Positions 33,026-46,860 of a DNA stretch of 64,000 nucleotides are shown here, in pieces. The position numbers and the translations under genes were made by a program. The notes under the pieces are model-generated. The model saw nothing but the letters and a program-made list of their open reading frames with translations, was not told the DNA's origin and ran no database searches. Source of the DNA: Ramazzottius varieornatus (Eukaryota > Animalia > Tardigrada); the NCBI GenBank assembly GCA_001949185.1, contig BDGG01000002.1, positions 2,167,826-2,231,825 on the forward strand, written 5' to 3'. Each line of letters opens with the position of its first letter. The stretch's first letter is position 1.

Positions 33026-34615
33026 GTTGAATGTGGAAGGTGAGATGAGCCGGACAGCGGAGACCTAAGCCGTTAGAGTGTGGCGATGGGATGCAGCAAG
33101 GCGGCTAGGCTAGGGCGAGCGCGGATGGATGGAAGACGAGAGCTGCTAGAGATAACCGGACGGAAAGAAGCTCGACGCTGCAACTAAACTCTCCAAATCC
33201 ACACTGGCCCGACGCACTCTTTCTCTCTTGCACAACAAATTCCGCCAGCTGCTAGCTCGCCCCAGCTTCCTTCTTCGCGAAAACTCAAAACACGCCAGCC
33301 TTTGCTTCTGACGTCTCATGGCGTAATGTATTACCATGGCTAAGTACACATATGCCTTATAGGTACACATCCAAAGTCGTTCCTTCGTTCCTTCCTTCCT
33401 TCAACCCACCAGCTGTACTGTACGCTGCTGCGAGCCGGGGTCTAAAAATATCTTGGCCACGACGAGGTTTCCTTCTGCCGAAAGCAAGGCTGTACTTTAT
33501 ATCGCACCTCAAAAAGAAAAGCTTCGTACATCGACCATGTGGCTTGTCACAAGAAAAACAGCCTCTGAACACATGCTTCTCTTCTCCCCGTAACCGCCAC
33601 CGGAAGCCAGCCATCCGCGCGTCGTGGCATCGCTGAAATGCGACGGAGAGAACGTGTGGATATTTATAGCTCTGGTTGAAGACTGACTTCGCCGAAAGGT
33701 ACGAGTACACCAGGGCTCGAATAGCATCCTTTGGTTTAGGTAAGAAAATCAGACATGCTCTTTCATGCCAGTGCAGCAATTGCAGGAGGACTTCTTAGTG
33801 TCAGTGGGCACTAAGTGCGCAAGGGAGAGAGGAAAGTATTCTCTCGATATGAAGTCTTTAGCAGTGATATTTGCTGTCCACACACCCACGCTAGCATTAC
33901 CGACTTCACACGCATGCGTCTCGAAAACAGTTGGAGAAGAGTCATCTGATTCACAACCGAGTTCGGCAAGACGGAGAAGATGAAACTCGAACAACGCTAT
34001 TTATGACCAATGCTTGACTCAAACTACGAGTACGATCGAGCAGTCAAACTTCCATTGAGGTCTCCCATCTGGCGTTTCGATTTCTCTTTCCGGCCATCCT
34101 TCTGTGCAGTCTGCCACCAGTTGAAAAGAAAGACTGATAGCTCGCAAATCAGAACCCTCAAAAGGAAAAACATTACAACTTTCCTTTCAGCATTAGTTAT
34201 TAGCTTCATTGTGTTTACGGTCTCACGGAATGGTTTCAAAGTAGATCACTCTCGGTAAAGTGGAGAAAGGTGAAGCAGACCGTGTAATACGTAAACTGTT
34301 CAATCTCCGATGTATCGAGATCGACACAGCGAACCATGCCATCCGCCATGAAAAAGTCTCCCGCACACTCCCCATCTACCCACAAAAAACCCACCAGAAA
34401 AAAACGCCTCAATCATCTTCAGCTTTACCTCCATCCGTGAACCATATTTCATCATCGATGTATGTCACACTACACTTACCATCTTCTTTTCTTTTTCCGC
34501 AAAGACAGACTCTTCGCTTGTCACACTGGTGGGCATCTCTCGTCCACATCCGCGTTCCATCACTGTACTCAATCAACACTATTCTCAATCAAGCAAACAT
34601 CCTTGTTGGTTCAAC

Positions 34616-37307
34616 ATGGGTCCCGTAACCCTACGGGAAACCATCCCATGGCGAGCTGTGTGGATAACCCTACTCCTCACTCAGGTCTGTGCCCAACTGC
34701 CTGCAGGTGGTGCCCTGCTGGGACCTGGCATGGCAGAAAGCCTTTCTTCCGTGATGGACTGTAACTTCAACGGCAAAAGTGGACTATGCGTACCCAGCGT
34801 CCTCAAGGACATTGTCTGTCTACCCCTTGGATTCCAATACGACACGGACACTAGGACATGTGGAACAGACAACGTCTGCTGTCATTCCGCGCCCAAGACG
34901 GACTCTCCTCCAACCGCCACTACACCTAGTACCACCGCAACAACAACCACCACCACCACGACACCAGCTCCTCCAGCACCAGATAGCGCTGCCTCCATCA
35001 ACCTACTGATTCCTTCTAACTCAGTAGGCGAAGTAATCCCCGGTGTGCCTACTTCCGCCAAGAACGAAGGTAACCCAGGGAAATTTACGATTCCCGCCAG
35101 TCTCAGCGCCTACATCAATCCTGGATTAGCTCCTAAACCGAATGATAAAAGTCGAGCCCCTAATCGACCCAAACCTGCCATGTTGACTGCCCACAACTCC
35201 AAGCCTCAAGCCAGCTCAAGCTCGAACATACCTCCTGGTGGCAAGTCTTCGGTGAAGATGTGCCGTGTGGGCGTCGCCATGGGTATGTGTGTGCGGAGCG
35301 ACCTGGTACCGTCCTTGTGTCTACCTCTAGGCTTCAAAGCTGTCCAGCAGAAAGACTGCACGCGGAACTTCCAGTGCTGCTACAACGCAGGCCAAGCGGG
35401 CACGGCCTTGACTCACCCGGAAGTGACTACAACCACTTCGACTTACGCTCCTCCTGCGGAACTACCAGGACCAGTATTTAAACCTCTCGACACTCCTAGC
35501 AGCATGGACACTTGCTCGCCGCGAACAGGTGTAGCTGGACTTTGCATTCGAGTCGATATTGCTCCTGTGGTTTGCACGCCACTGGGCTACCATATCGGTG
35601 GTCAGTTGAGTTGTGCAAGTGACCGAGTCTGTTGCTTCTCGCCGACCAACACGGTGCCTGTACCACCGACCCCAACCATCACTTTACCATCCCCTACCTC
35701 CAGTGATGAACCGGATAGTCCCGCTGATTATTCCCCGTTGGCGCTAACTACAAAGAGTTGTCAGTTGGGTGGCGGTATCAACGGAGTGTGTGTACCGGCT
35801 AACTTACTCAGTTCGTGTCCGCTGTTCGGTCGGAAGATTTCACCGTACGGTTGTGCGACGAGGCACGGTGCTCCGACCGAGTTCTGTTGTTATCAGGCCA
35901 ACTCGGATAACAACCGAGAAATCGAGCCCGCGTCGTTCGCTTCTCTGGCTGGGTCGTTGGGCGCACCGAAGCTGGACTCCGTGGTTTGCGGAAGGAAAGG
36001 CTTGACGGGGATCGAACCGAGGGCGTTGCCGAGAGTCTCAGGGAACTTTTTCCGCACGGAGAAGTTGCTGGGCTCACATGATACCATGCCGGGAGAGTTT
36101 TGTTGGCACGCATCGCTCTTTGACGAACAGGACGTGCCGTTCTGTAACGGTGCGTTAATCCATCGGGAATGGGTCGTTACCGCTGCCCACTGCGTCAAAC
36201 GGTAAGCCACGCGTGCTTCGTTCCTAAAGCAGATGATAATATATGTAGAAGATTTTATTCGAGCGTTAGGTCGAGACAGAAAACTTTTGGATGATAACTC
36301 GGGCAAATGTCAAAGAATTCAGACACCTGCATAGACCATAGACCCAACCCTCGCGTTATTGAATCTACTTGTATGCAGGTGCCTGCTATGATATATTCAT
36401 CAACTCGCTTGTCCCGGTTCTCTTTAGTGAAACTGTTTTCCGAACTTCATTTTCCTAATTTCTAACGTTACCAGTCGTTGGCTTTAGCGAGATTAATCCC
36501 TTTGACAGAGTTTCCCCAGCGAAGACTTACGTGAAGCTCGGCATGTGGTCGCTGCGCATGAACAACGTCACCTCCCTTCCATCCAGTCGACAAGACTCGG
36601 CTTCCGCTGCCGATCCTCTCCCCGCTCCCCAGATCGTCCGAGTTCTTGAAGCCTTCGTCCACACCAACTTTGACGGTATCACTCTCGACAACAACATCGC
36701 GTTGCTCCATCTCGATACTGCCGCGGACCTATCCGAACCCCAAGTCTGTCTGGCCTGTCTACCGTCCGTCCCGTCGTACCAGGGTAACAGCTGCACCCTG
36801 ACGGGCTTCAGCTCCGCAGACGGTAGTACCTTTACGCAGGACTCGACACTGTCGCAACTGGACTTCACCATACTGAATAGCACCAGCTGCGATGTTTCGT
36901 TGAGGACTACGGGGAAACTCCAGAGCAACTTTCGGCTGAACCGGGAAGTGACCATTTGTGGAGCAGCCAATGCCAATGAGGATACTTGCCGTGGAGATGG
37001 TGGTTCTCCGCTCGTTGTAGGCACTCGAAAACTAATTCTGATTTACTTCCGACAATCAGGAATATCTTTGAAAAATTGAGACTAATTTTTGATAATTTTG
37101 AGATAAGTTCCTCATGAAATATCTTCTTAACTAGGGGAGGTCCTTTCTTTACAGTGTCAAAATACGGAAGGAAACTACGAGCTGACGGGACTCGTAAGTT
37201 GGGGTTTAGCCTGTGGAGTGGGAACGCCGTCAGTCTTCACAAGAGTATGGGCCTTCAACACGTGGATGCAAGAAATTGTCCGACGATATTCTCAGTCTTA
37301 CTTATAG
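34616..37307 (+). CDS. Masquerade-like clip-domain serine protease homologue (non-catalytic), spliced
   Basis: Hydrophobic leader, four six-Cys clip-like modules, TAAHC retained, DNNIALL (Asp->Asn) and GDGGSP (Ser->Gly); last exon ends LVSWGLACG...SYL*. Confidence 0.85.
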
Positions 37308-37545
37308 AAAAATTTCTATCTTTCGATTTCATGTATCTATTGGATTCTTCTGGAAAAGGGTCGGTGAGAATTCAGTTGCTGATTCAGAGATTTCGATTTG
37401 AATGCCTCGAATCTTGTTCAATAAATCGGCACTATAAAAAAAGATACGGAAGTTTGGGAGATAAATGCTTGCAGGTCGGTGAAAGAAGTAAAAATGGGGA
37501 AATGGTAGCAGAGAGTGTCGATGGGAAAGAGCAACGTTTGGGAAC

Positions 37546-39127
37546 TTAGCTTTCTCGGTGCAAAAGTACAAAAGCGGCCAGCGCAACCAAAACGGCGTAC
37601 TGCAAAAAACGAGAACGCCGGTCAGACTTCCCCTCCCAAGAACGGACCCAACTTATATTCAACTCACACTTAACTTTCGGTCTTACCTTTACACGCGGAT
37701 AGTCGTTCATTATAATCGTAACCATTCCGATGTATGGCACGTAACTGCAAAAAAACTCGACTTGTTACGAAGAACGAGGGATGCTGTTCAAATGATAAAG
37801 ATACGAGTACTTTACCCTTTGGCTCTTCCAACGACGTCTTTAGGCTGAAGCCACATTTGCCCGGGTGCGTAAAGACCTCGATCGTCGATCCAGTTGTTGT
37901 CGCCTTTCGTCAAAAACTTGATGTTGTTATTACCGCTAAATAAGAAGGATATAATATTAACATTTCAAACCGGCAAAATTCGTGGGGAAAGCGTCTCACT
38001 CATCATGGAGTTGGAGAACCCTGTGAACAATCGGAATATCTCGTCCTTCTATCTTAAACACGACAATGTCGCCGACTTTGATGGGTTGTTCTTGGTGGTT
38101 CGTCAGGAACAACAGATCACCTCGAAAGAAAGCGGGTTCCATACTTCCACTGCAAAGACACAAACGAATAGCAAAATTAACACTTGAAAGACCAAGGGGT
38201 ACCCCGGTTATCTGGCGCACCCCAAAAGCCTTGCGGAATGGATACTGTTGAACCTTTTCGTCTCAAATCTTCACGTTTGCTTTCGAACACTTTGTCGCTT
38301 CTAATTAAAAAAGACGCGAACTGGCTAGCAGTTTTCTGAAAATTTCGAGAGACTATTTCGTTTTTGACCAGATTATGTCTTGAGTTGACAGACCAAATTT
38401 TTGCTCAAGAGCTGGCTGACGGAAAGCCTGCTTAAAAATTGGATACAGAGCTAGTACATTGGTACCGTCTTAGACGCTCCAGTATGTCCATACTGTGTGA
38501 CCAGTGGTCAGAGCAAATTAAAAAAGGTCTGGCGCTTTGGTTCACTCAGTGGCGCATTTTACTCGAGAAATGCGAAGCGTACATGTGGTGACTGGCCCGA
38601 CCTGACCCCACCCCATGCTTTCAGCCAGTGAAAAATTGGGGAAGGTGATCTACCCCCCTTGTACTCCCAGAGCTCGGAATTGCGTGGTCTTTCAAGTGTT
38701 AATGGTATCATAGAAGGACCGGAAGTGAAAATTCCACGACGCACAGTGCACCGGCTTAAACATCATGTTGTAGGTGCATGCCACAGTGCGCAAATGCATT
38801 ACGAGCGACACGCACGCGCATACAACAGGCTACGTGTCAATAATCAACGGTACAGACCAGCTTGCATTTACCTCAAAACAACAACGATGGGGCTTTCGCT
38901 GTTCGTCACCACCATCAGTCCTTTCCAAATCATCAGAGCAGTGGAGATAATCATTCCGAAGTTCAAAACCTGGTAGTAAACCTGCAGTAGAAGCAACGAG
39001 CATAAGCGCTGGAGTTCGAGAGGAGCTAGAAAAGACTGGAGGACATTCAAACCTGGCGTTTGTTCATCCGCTTCAGATCGTCAAACATCGTGTCTGCTCC
39101 CAGTAATTTCAGCACGGCTTCCGACAT
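37546..39127 (-). CDS. SEC11: Signal peptidase complex catalytic subunit SEC11, spliced
   Basis: [54 protein letters not shown]. Confidence 0.95.
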
Positions 39128-40072
39128 CTTGTTGCAGTATCACAAGGGAGCAGGGATAGTACAAAACCTCCCCAAAGAGAGGTAGGGTATTCGACGCCGC
39201 TCGATGTCTTCTTCGCCTTTCAGCGCTCCGATCCAGCCGCGTTCAACCGCGTTGCATTCGTGCACGTCGATCCGGAAGTTCTACTCCTACAGTCAACCTA
39301 CAGCATAGCCTACAGCGGAAGAAGAACAATTGCTATCCACTAGACGAGCAGGAAGATTGAACAGTCTTTTGAAGAATGGTGAACAGATCAACAGAATCAG
39401 AAGTCTTCTCCAATCTCCATCAGCACGTGTCAGTTGATTGAATATGCTTCTTGATTGCTGATAATGACGTGTTACGAGGTGGATGAAGAGTTCTGCCACG
39501 CCTCCGCTCTGACGTCACAGCGGAGCGCGGTTTGGTTATACTTACTTGATAGAGAACAGGGAAATGGCAACTGGGGAAGGCAAGTCTTTGCAAGTTGAGG
39601 TTTCTTTCGCCGCAGGTGCGTTCTTCCGTAGCCGACTGTTAAAGTCAATGCTCAATAGCGATCCTCAGAAAGGCGAAGGGACTCGTTTGGTGTTATCATG
39701 CGCCTGTGCGGACAGTGAGTTCTGCTGACACTACTGATGCTCTTCGATGTCGTCAAGTCCGTGCACGCGCGCACGACAACAAACGATGGAACTAGAATGG
39801 ATATTCACTACGCTTTCAAATTTATGAAGATGTATTCAATAATATAAACTGCAAAAGCCTTTCGCAGGACTTCAAAAGACAACTGATACAGAAACAATAA
39901 GCCCAGAATAAAATAAACAATTAGCTCTCAAGTTCCAACAACGGCCATAGGGTGTTTTACATGCAATAAATTAAGTTCAAACTGAAAAGAGGAAAATAAT
40001 GCACGTATCGACGACGAAACAAATCATAACGTCGCGAAATGCACAAATGCAATTTCAGACAAAAGTATTCAT

Positions 40073-41458
40073 TCAGAAGGCTTTCATAGGTTTGACGAAT
40101 GGCGGTTCGCGTCCAGTTTCACCTCCGTTCTCCTGTTCTGGGACAGGCTTGCGTGGACTGCACACCTCCTTCACTTGGCTCTTGGTCATATGGCCGAACT
40201 CCGCCGGGATCTCTCGCTGGAAGCACTCGCGGCAGACCGCCATGTACTTGTCCGCACCACCAATGAGCTCCACCTGAAATTTGGAAATATCGGCCTGGAT
40301 ATCAACACTAGACACCTGGCCGGACACGGACATGGACAACGGACAGGTTTCACGGGGACAAGAAGAGGGCCTATGTACCGCCGTTTCCGCCGTGAAGCGT
40401 CTCGTATACGCAGCATCTTCGTTGCAGATAATACATACGGCGGAGAGCTTGTCGATCTTCTCGGCTTTGGGAACTAGCTTAATAATATCTCCAAATCCCT
40501 GGAAAAAACGTGAGTTCAGTCAGAAAGAAACATCCACTTCTAAACTTTTTCACCAGTTGAATGCAACGGCAGAGTGGCAACGGCAACCGCCAACTGACGT
40601 CATCACTCATCACCACAAGAAAATTTACGGCACGCCACGCCACGCCGAAGAAACGAGCGGCATTACGTCTTAGATCATGTGGTCAAAACAGCTGGATCCC
40701 GTTTGCCACCAACCATGTGATCCCTGACGTAGAACACACGTAAAATAAAACTATCTAGCAAACAAATCAAATCAACCAACTCGTGCTCACAAAACAAAAT
40801 TTGACCATTATGGATATTGGAGTTCCTTTCTTCCCGAACTTCGAGTTCTGAACCCCTCAACTCCTTCATGTTTATCCGCTTACCTCCCGTTGATAAGTGC
40901 CATCTAAAGCAGCCACGATGACTGTCTTGCCTTTGTTGGCCAGCGCTTCAGCCACCTCGAGGATGTCGGGAAAGAACTGGCCTTCGTCGATGCCAATAAC
41001 GTCGTGGACTTCGCACTCCGCCAGACATTCTTTCAAACAGAGTGCTTTCCTCGCCGTTCCCGTATGCCTAGTAAGACCATTTGCTTTTATCATTTTGTCT
41101 AACTCTGGAAAGGGGAAGTAGCATCAGACTTACCTGTCATGCGTGCTAACACATTCTTCGTCGTAGCGAACATCTTTGGCGAATTTAATCAACAACGTTT
41201 TGTACTTGGCGATCCTGTAGCGATTCACCCGTCGTAACAGTTCTGTTCTGCAATGTACTCCCATGTAACATTCCCAAGCATAGTTTTTGCGTGATTCACT
41301 TACGTCTTTCCGGAGAACATCGGTCCAAAGATGAGCTGCAAGACCAAGCAGAATATCTAACGATAGACCATCAAACAGTTTTTATTGGAGGTTACCTGAA
41401 TCTGTCCTTTCGAATGGACTCGTCGAACGTCCCCAGTTCTGCTCGGTGTATCCTCCAT
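40073..41458 (-). CDS. TK1: Cytosolic thymidine kinase, spliced
   Basis: [35 protein letters not shown]; Zn motifs CIIC and [14 protein letters not shown]. Confidence 0.95.
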
Positions 41459-42786
41459 TGAAATAAGAAACCTTCCAGCAGGAGCACGGAATTGGGGAAG
41501 AAACGAATTTACAGAAACAGCGCTGAAGAAAATGGACTCATAGAAACTATCAAGTCTGTCAACTGTCAGGGCGAGTTCGAACTTCGAAATTTCAGTCAGC
41601 TCAGCTTTTACGTTGAGCCATCATAGAGATTAAGTTGCCACTCCCGTTCACTTTGCAACTGTAGCTACGGCCTTGCTGCGCCCCTTTCGTGACGTCTAAC
41701 TACATTTTGCTTTCCGGAGCTCCCCTTATTTTCGAAAGATAGCGTAATCGGAGTTACGGTTGGCTAGCATTGGGAAGCATGGTGGCTGCCCAACTATTCA
41801 AAGTTCTGATCAGCTGCTGCGCTTATGAGACGTTGCAACTCATCTTAGCTACAGTGGGACTTTCATCTGGCGGTGTCAACTTAATGTCTGTATTGTCTCT
41901 TTGATTGATTTAGAGGCCATCATCCCGTTTCTGCATGGTCCCACGTAACAGAGGACAGACTGCAGAATGGTGTCTGATCGGGCATTCAAGTCAAGGGCCC
42001 GCGCATTTCGGCATCGCTAGCTGTCGCCACCGTCGCCCTCGACTGTGCAGAAACAAGTGAGTTGACCACGTGGTCATTTCATCTTGAAATCATCAAATGT
42101 GGTCACGTGCCTCGTAATTTTTTCCCGTTTCAGTTGTACGACTTCTCGCAAAATTACCGGAGGACATCCGACCGCAGGTTAGATGTCCGGAAACTCCGCA
42201 TGCTTCATCTGCTAATGCTTTTATAATTACTACCAAGTGGAGCTGATGAAATCACTGTCAGATATTGGTCATATTAACGAGTAGGGGAAGCAGCAAAGAC
42301 AGGCCTAATCGGTAGCGATAGTCAGCCGGAGATAGCCAGCAAAGACAAAGAGGTCGAGGTAGGAACTTGGCTTATTATCGCCGATAAAAATCCATCTACT
42401 TCGAAAAACAATCTTGATTTCTCTCTCTGGTCTTTTTCATATTATCCCCAGGCAGTAACGTGGCCCGTCAAGTCACATGCCTGGCAGACGACAGAGTGGC
42501 GACGCGCTTGAACTTGTTTCTTGCATGAAATCATGTGCTTCATTCTACGCGGCGCCACTTCGATAGAGTCAGTTCTTCCTTCCACTGGCCCTGAACTTTA
42601 GTCTTGTTTTACAACCCTTTAAAGTTCTCTCTCCATTACCTTACGTGGTCCTTACGAAGCGTGACGGCAGGCTCAATGCTGAGAGTTATCTACGCTAATA
42701 TCCTCTTCGCTTTTGACAAACCGGATAGACTCCTTTTGCGCATGTTTAGCACGAATCGCGTGACGACCTAGAAACCCATCACCAAA

Positions 42787-45001
42787 ATGCCTTCGGAGTC
42801 CTCGGCCCATATCCAGAACTTTCACAAGGAGGATTCGCAGCATCGCGATCGCAGTGTCACCAACAGCGGAGGTCTTTCGCTGGAAGCTTACATTCAACGG
42901 GAAAACAAGTAAGTTACTTCCGGTTGATATTTTTCGAACTGCTCGCAGAGCTTGTTTTTGTTTTTCCTAGGCACAACTGCCACAACTATCACCCTTTACC
43001 TGTTGTTCTCTCTCGCGGCGAAGGTAGTATTTTCATCTTTAAATTCTTGGTTGACTGGAAGTACTTCTTCTTCCACAAAAGTAACTTCGCGCATGCCTGG
43101 GCGGAATTTCTATCCTGTTCATATTTTTGTTTGTAGGAGCTTACGTGTGGGACACTGATGGAAAGCGCTACTACGACTTTCTGAGTGCTTACAGTGCCGT
43201 CAACCAAGGCCACTGTCATCCCAAGATCCTCAAGGTCTTCATCGAGCAAGCTTCCCAGTTGACGTTGACCAGCCGAGCCTTCTATAACAATGTTCTCGGT
43301 GAGGATCACCAGTTGGAGTTTGACGAGTTTGCAGCAGGAACTCGCAATGTCAATATAATGGTTTTTTGATTGCAGGAGAGTACGCTGAGAAGATCACGCA
43401 ACTGTTCGGCTACGATAAGGTTCTTCCCATGAACACTGGTAAGGCTTGCCGCAGAGGAAAGATTAGCAATTTGGGACAGGAATTCAAACAGGTGTGCTGT
43501 AGGGGTCGAGGCTGGCGAGACAGCTTGCAAGTTGGCTCGACGATGGGGATACCGCGAGAAGAGGATCCCGGAGAACCAGGCGGTGATCGTCTTCGCTGAA
43601 GGGAACTTCTGGGGACGGACCATGTCGGCCATCTCTGCGTCCACCGATCCATCCAGCTATCACGGTTTCGGTCCGTTTATGCCTGGCTTCTCGGTCGTAC
43701 CTTATAACAACCTCGAAGCGCTGGAGGCAAGCTAACTCCTTCAGCTCTACACACTGTGTTCCGTGAGATGGTGTGCTGATGTGATTGACTGCCTTTATAG
43801 GAAGCTTGTCGCAACCCGAATGTGTGCGCCTTCATGGTGGAACCTATTCAAGGCGAAGCGGGCATCATTGTTCCGGATGAAGGCTACTTGAGAGGTGTTC
43901 GAGACATCTGTACGCGGCACAATGTCCTCTTCATCGCCGACGAAATTCAAACCGGACTTGGACGAACGGGCAGGTTAGTTGACTCACAAATAATTTGCTG
44001 ATCAGTTAGCCCTTTACGTAACACACATACGCAAGTCATCTACCAAAGCACAACGGGGTAATTATCAGGATATTGTAGAGAAGTGCGTAGAAAGTCATTG
44101 ATCGAGACCATTATAATTAAATCGCAGGAAGTCGCTGACAGAAGAATCCACCACGACTGGTATGACCGACATCCAAATTGAACAGGGAGCTCTATATAGT
44201 TCAAGGTCTAACAGGGCTAGGAGAATATGCCCAAAACATCTCTCGCGTATTCATAATATTATCCTCTAACTGATTTCTATTAGGCGTTTGTGCTGCGACC
44301 ACTCCGGCGTCAGACCCGATATCGTCACCCTGGGCAAAGCTTTGTCCGGTGGATTTATGCCGGTAGGTGCAAAATGCTTTGTTCTTAGTGTTTACAAGAT
44401 CGACCAAACTCCGTGAAAAAATGTTGAACCGTGCAGATAAATACCGATTAATGTTTTACTGTTTAGGTTTCCGCTGTACTGGCCGACAACGACGTCATGG
44501 ACCACATCAAGCCCGGCGAGCACGGTTCGACTTACGGGGGCAACCCTCTGGCCTGTCGAGTTGCCATGGCGGCTCTCGACGTCCTGGAAAACGAGCGTTT
44601 AGCTGAACGGTCCGAGAAACTCGGCCAGCGTCTTCGTCACGAGCTGCGCGCCGCACTACCCACCGACATCGTGACTCACGTACGAGGGAAAGGCTTGATG
44701 AACGCCGTGGTTATCGCTCCAGGTACCGTCTTCCTTGCTTATCTATTCATTGCAATAGCCAGGTCGTGACTGATAGACGATGAACATACAACATACCGTT
44801 GTTGTCCTGTTGACAGAATACGACGCTTGGGAGGTGTGTCTGCGCCTGAAGGATGCCGGCTTGTTGGCAAAACCCACCCATGGCGATATCATCCGCCTAG
44901 CGCCACCGCTGGTGATGACCGAACAGGACATGACTAACTGCATCGCCATCCTGAAGGACACGTTGTGGAGCTTCAAGGACACACAGGGAACCCAGAACTG
45001 A
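42787..45001 (+). CDS. OAT: Ornithine aminotransferase, spliced (includes GC-AG intron 43727-43800)
   Basis: [96 protein letters not shown]. Confidence 0.95.
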
Positions 45002-46082
45002 AAGATTGTTATCGGGAAACTGATGATGGTGAGATTGTTGTGGCATATTGTGAAACTTTTACTGGTGAATTTTTTATCGCAGTGCTGGTGCCATAAGAAA
45101 TAGCTTAATGCTTTTCGGAACCTGTTTTATTGTCATTCAAGCAGTGGCATCATGAAATATGACTGACAATCATGCAAAAGACATGGTTTTCTGAGATGCT
45201 GGTGTATAAAGTCCTTCGTTGGGTTTTGCCGGTAAGCGATCGATCGCGAGCTACAGTTCTACTGGACAATTAGTCGTCAAAAAGACTGGTTTGTAGGTAC
45301 TGCCCTACCTGTGAGATGTGACAGTTCAAACGCCCGAAATCAGTTCCGGACGGTTCATTTATCCACGGATTTGCTCGCCATGCTGTTCGCATGAGACCGA
45401 TTAGCTGATCAGACACGTGCTTGATTACTTGAGCAAGTCAAAAGATAACCGGACGTCGATCAGCTGATCGTGCTGCGCAGTGCATGGCCAGCAGTCTCGT
45501 GCAGAAACGCTGGTTGCAGAAGAAGCAATTGTCACATCTCACAGGTAGGACTGCACCTTAGACATGTGGTACTTCCGGCCTTGAAATTAAGCAGTCCTAC
45601 ATACTTCGCAGTTTCCGGCTCGGCGAAACCCTTTGACTGGGTTGACGTGCAAAGGGAAAAAAAACTTGCGGGAAATTTGCAGTATCAGGCGGCAAATGTG
45701 TCACTTTTTTCGGCTGCTTTCGATACCCCATCATTCGTTTCACCGAGGATCGCGACAAGGCAGTCACTCCGCGAGAAAACGAGGAGTTTATTACGGGCTG
45801 TCCTGGCTCGTAGCTTGCTGAATCGGTTCTCTAAGAGGCCGACTTAAATCATCCGATGCTTGTCTGATATGTTGTGATTGCCGAAATCTGGCAGCCTCGA
45901 AACTTTACGATACAGTATTTTCCCATCTAGAGCGCTGTCTGGTGGGGCCCCCTCCCGGAATCCTCCTCCAGGTACGACCGTATGAGCTTGGAACCCGTTT
46001 GCAGTACTGCAGCATGAAATAACGTAAAACGTCTCTCACACTGTGTCGCTTTTTTCATTTAAATATTTTCACATCTCAGAAT

Positions 46083-46629
46083 ATGACGTGCCCGATTGGA
46101 CAAACCTGTGGCCCGATATCAAACTACTACTGCGATGACGTCATTTTCTCCGCGATAGTTTCCTCACCTACAGTATATAGAGCATCCAGCAGCTGCAGAT
46201 AAATCCTGTATTTTCGCCGAGCCTCCAAGAGATAGAAGGACCGCAGTTTTAACAACAATGTCTTGAAAATTCCTGTGGGTTCTCGTAGGCAGGCCAGATG
46301 CCCGCGAGGTAGCACGTGTGTTGCGGTGACGGACCATCGCCCCTAGAACGAGGTTCCATGCTCCCTTTAGTCCCAGTGTGCTGGTGAGCTGATTACAGAT
46401 AAATTCCACTGCTACACTCTTCCTACAACGGATTCTTTCAAATCCTCTGCCCCAATTATTTTGTTTAGTGGTAGACCGACTTGGAACTTATCCCGATAGT
46501 TCACGAGTCTCCCCGGACAGCTGTCTCATCGGCGAGGGAGTTTTCGTCGGTTTTGATGCCAACTGTCCCACCGGCAGCAAGTGCTGCATCAGCAAACCAA
46601 TGAACAATATCTTCTGTGTTTCGATTTAA
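46083..46629 (+). pseudogene. Degenerate Cys-rich repeat gene fragment (granulin-like CPxGxxC modules)
   Basis: CPIGQTC (46089), CPRGSTC (46299) and CPTGSKCC (46564), each following a putative splice acceptor; frameshift after the second module. Confidence 0.4.
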
Positions 46630-46860
46630 ACTGGAAGATCTAGTTCTTTGTGCTTCCTGGCGTCATTCGAACATGTACTCTTCTTCTTCTCGATCTAGTT
46701 TTGTTGTTCTGGAGAAGTAACCATCAAAGAGGCTGGGCCAATATTCATCGCAGGTTTGTGCTTTGCAGCACGTGTAAGGATTTCGCACTTTAGAATACCA
46801 GTGAATAATACGTTACATTGAAAACTGTCAATATCCATTCGGACATTGGGAACAGTAATG

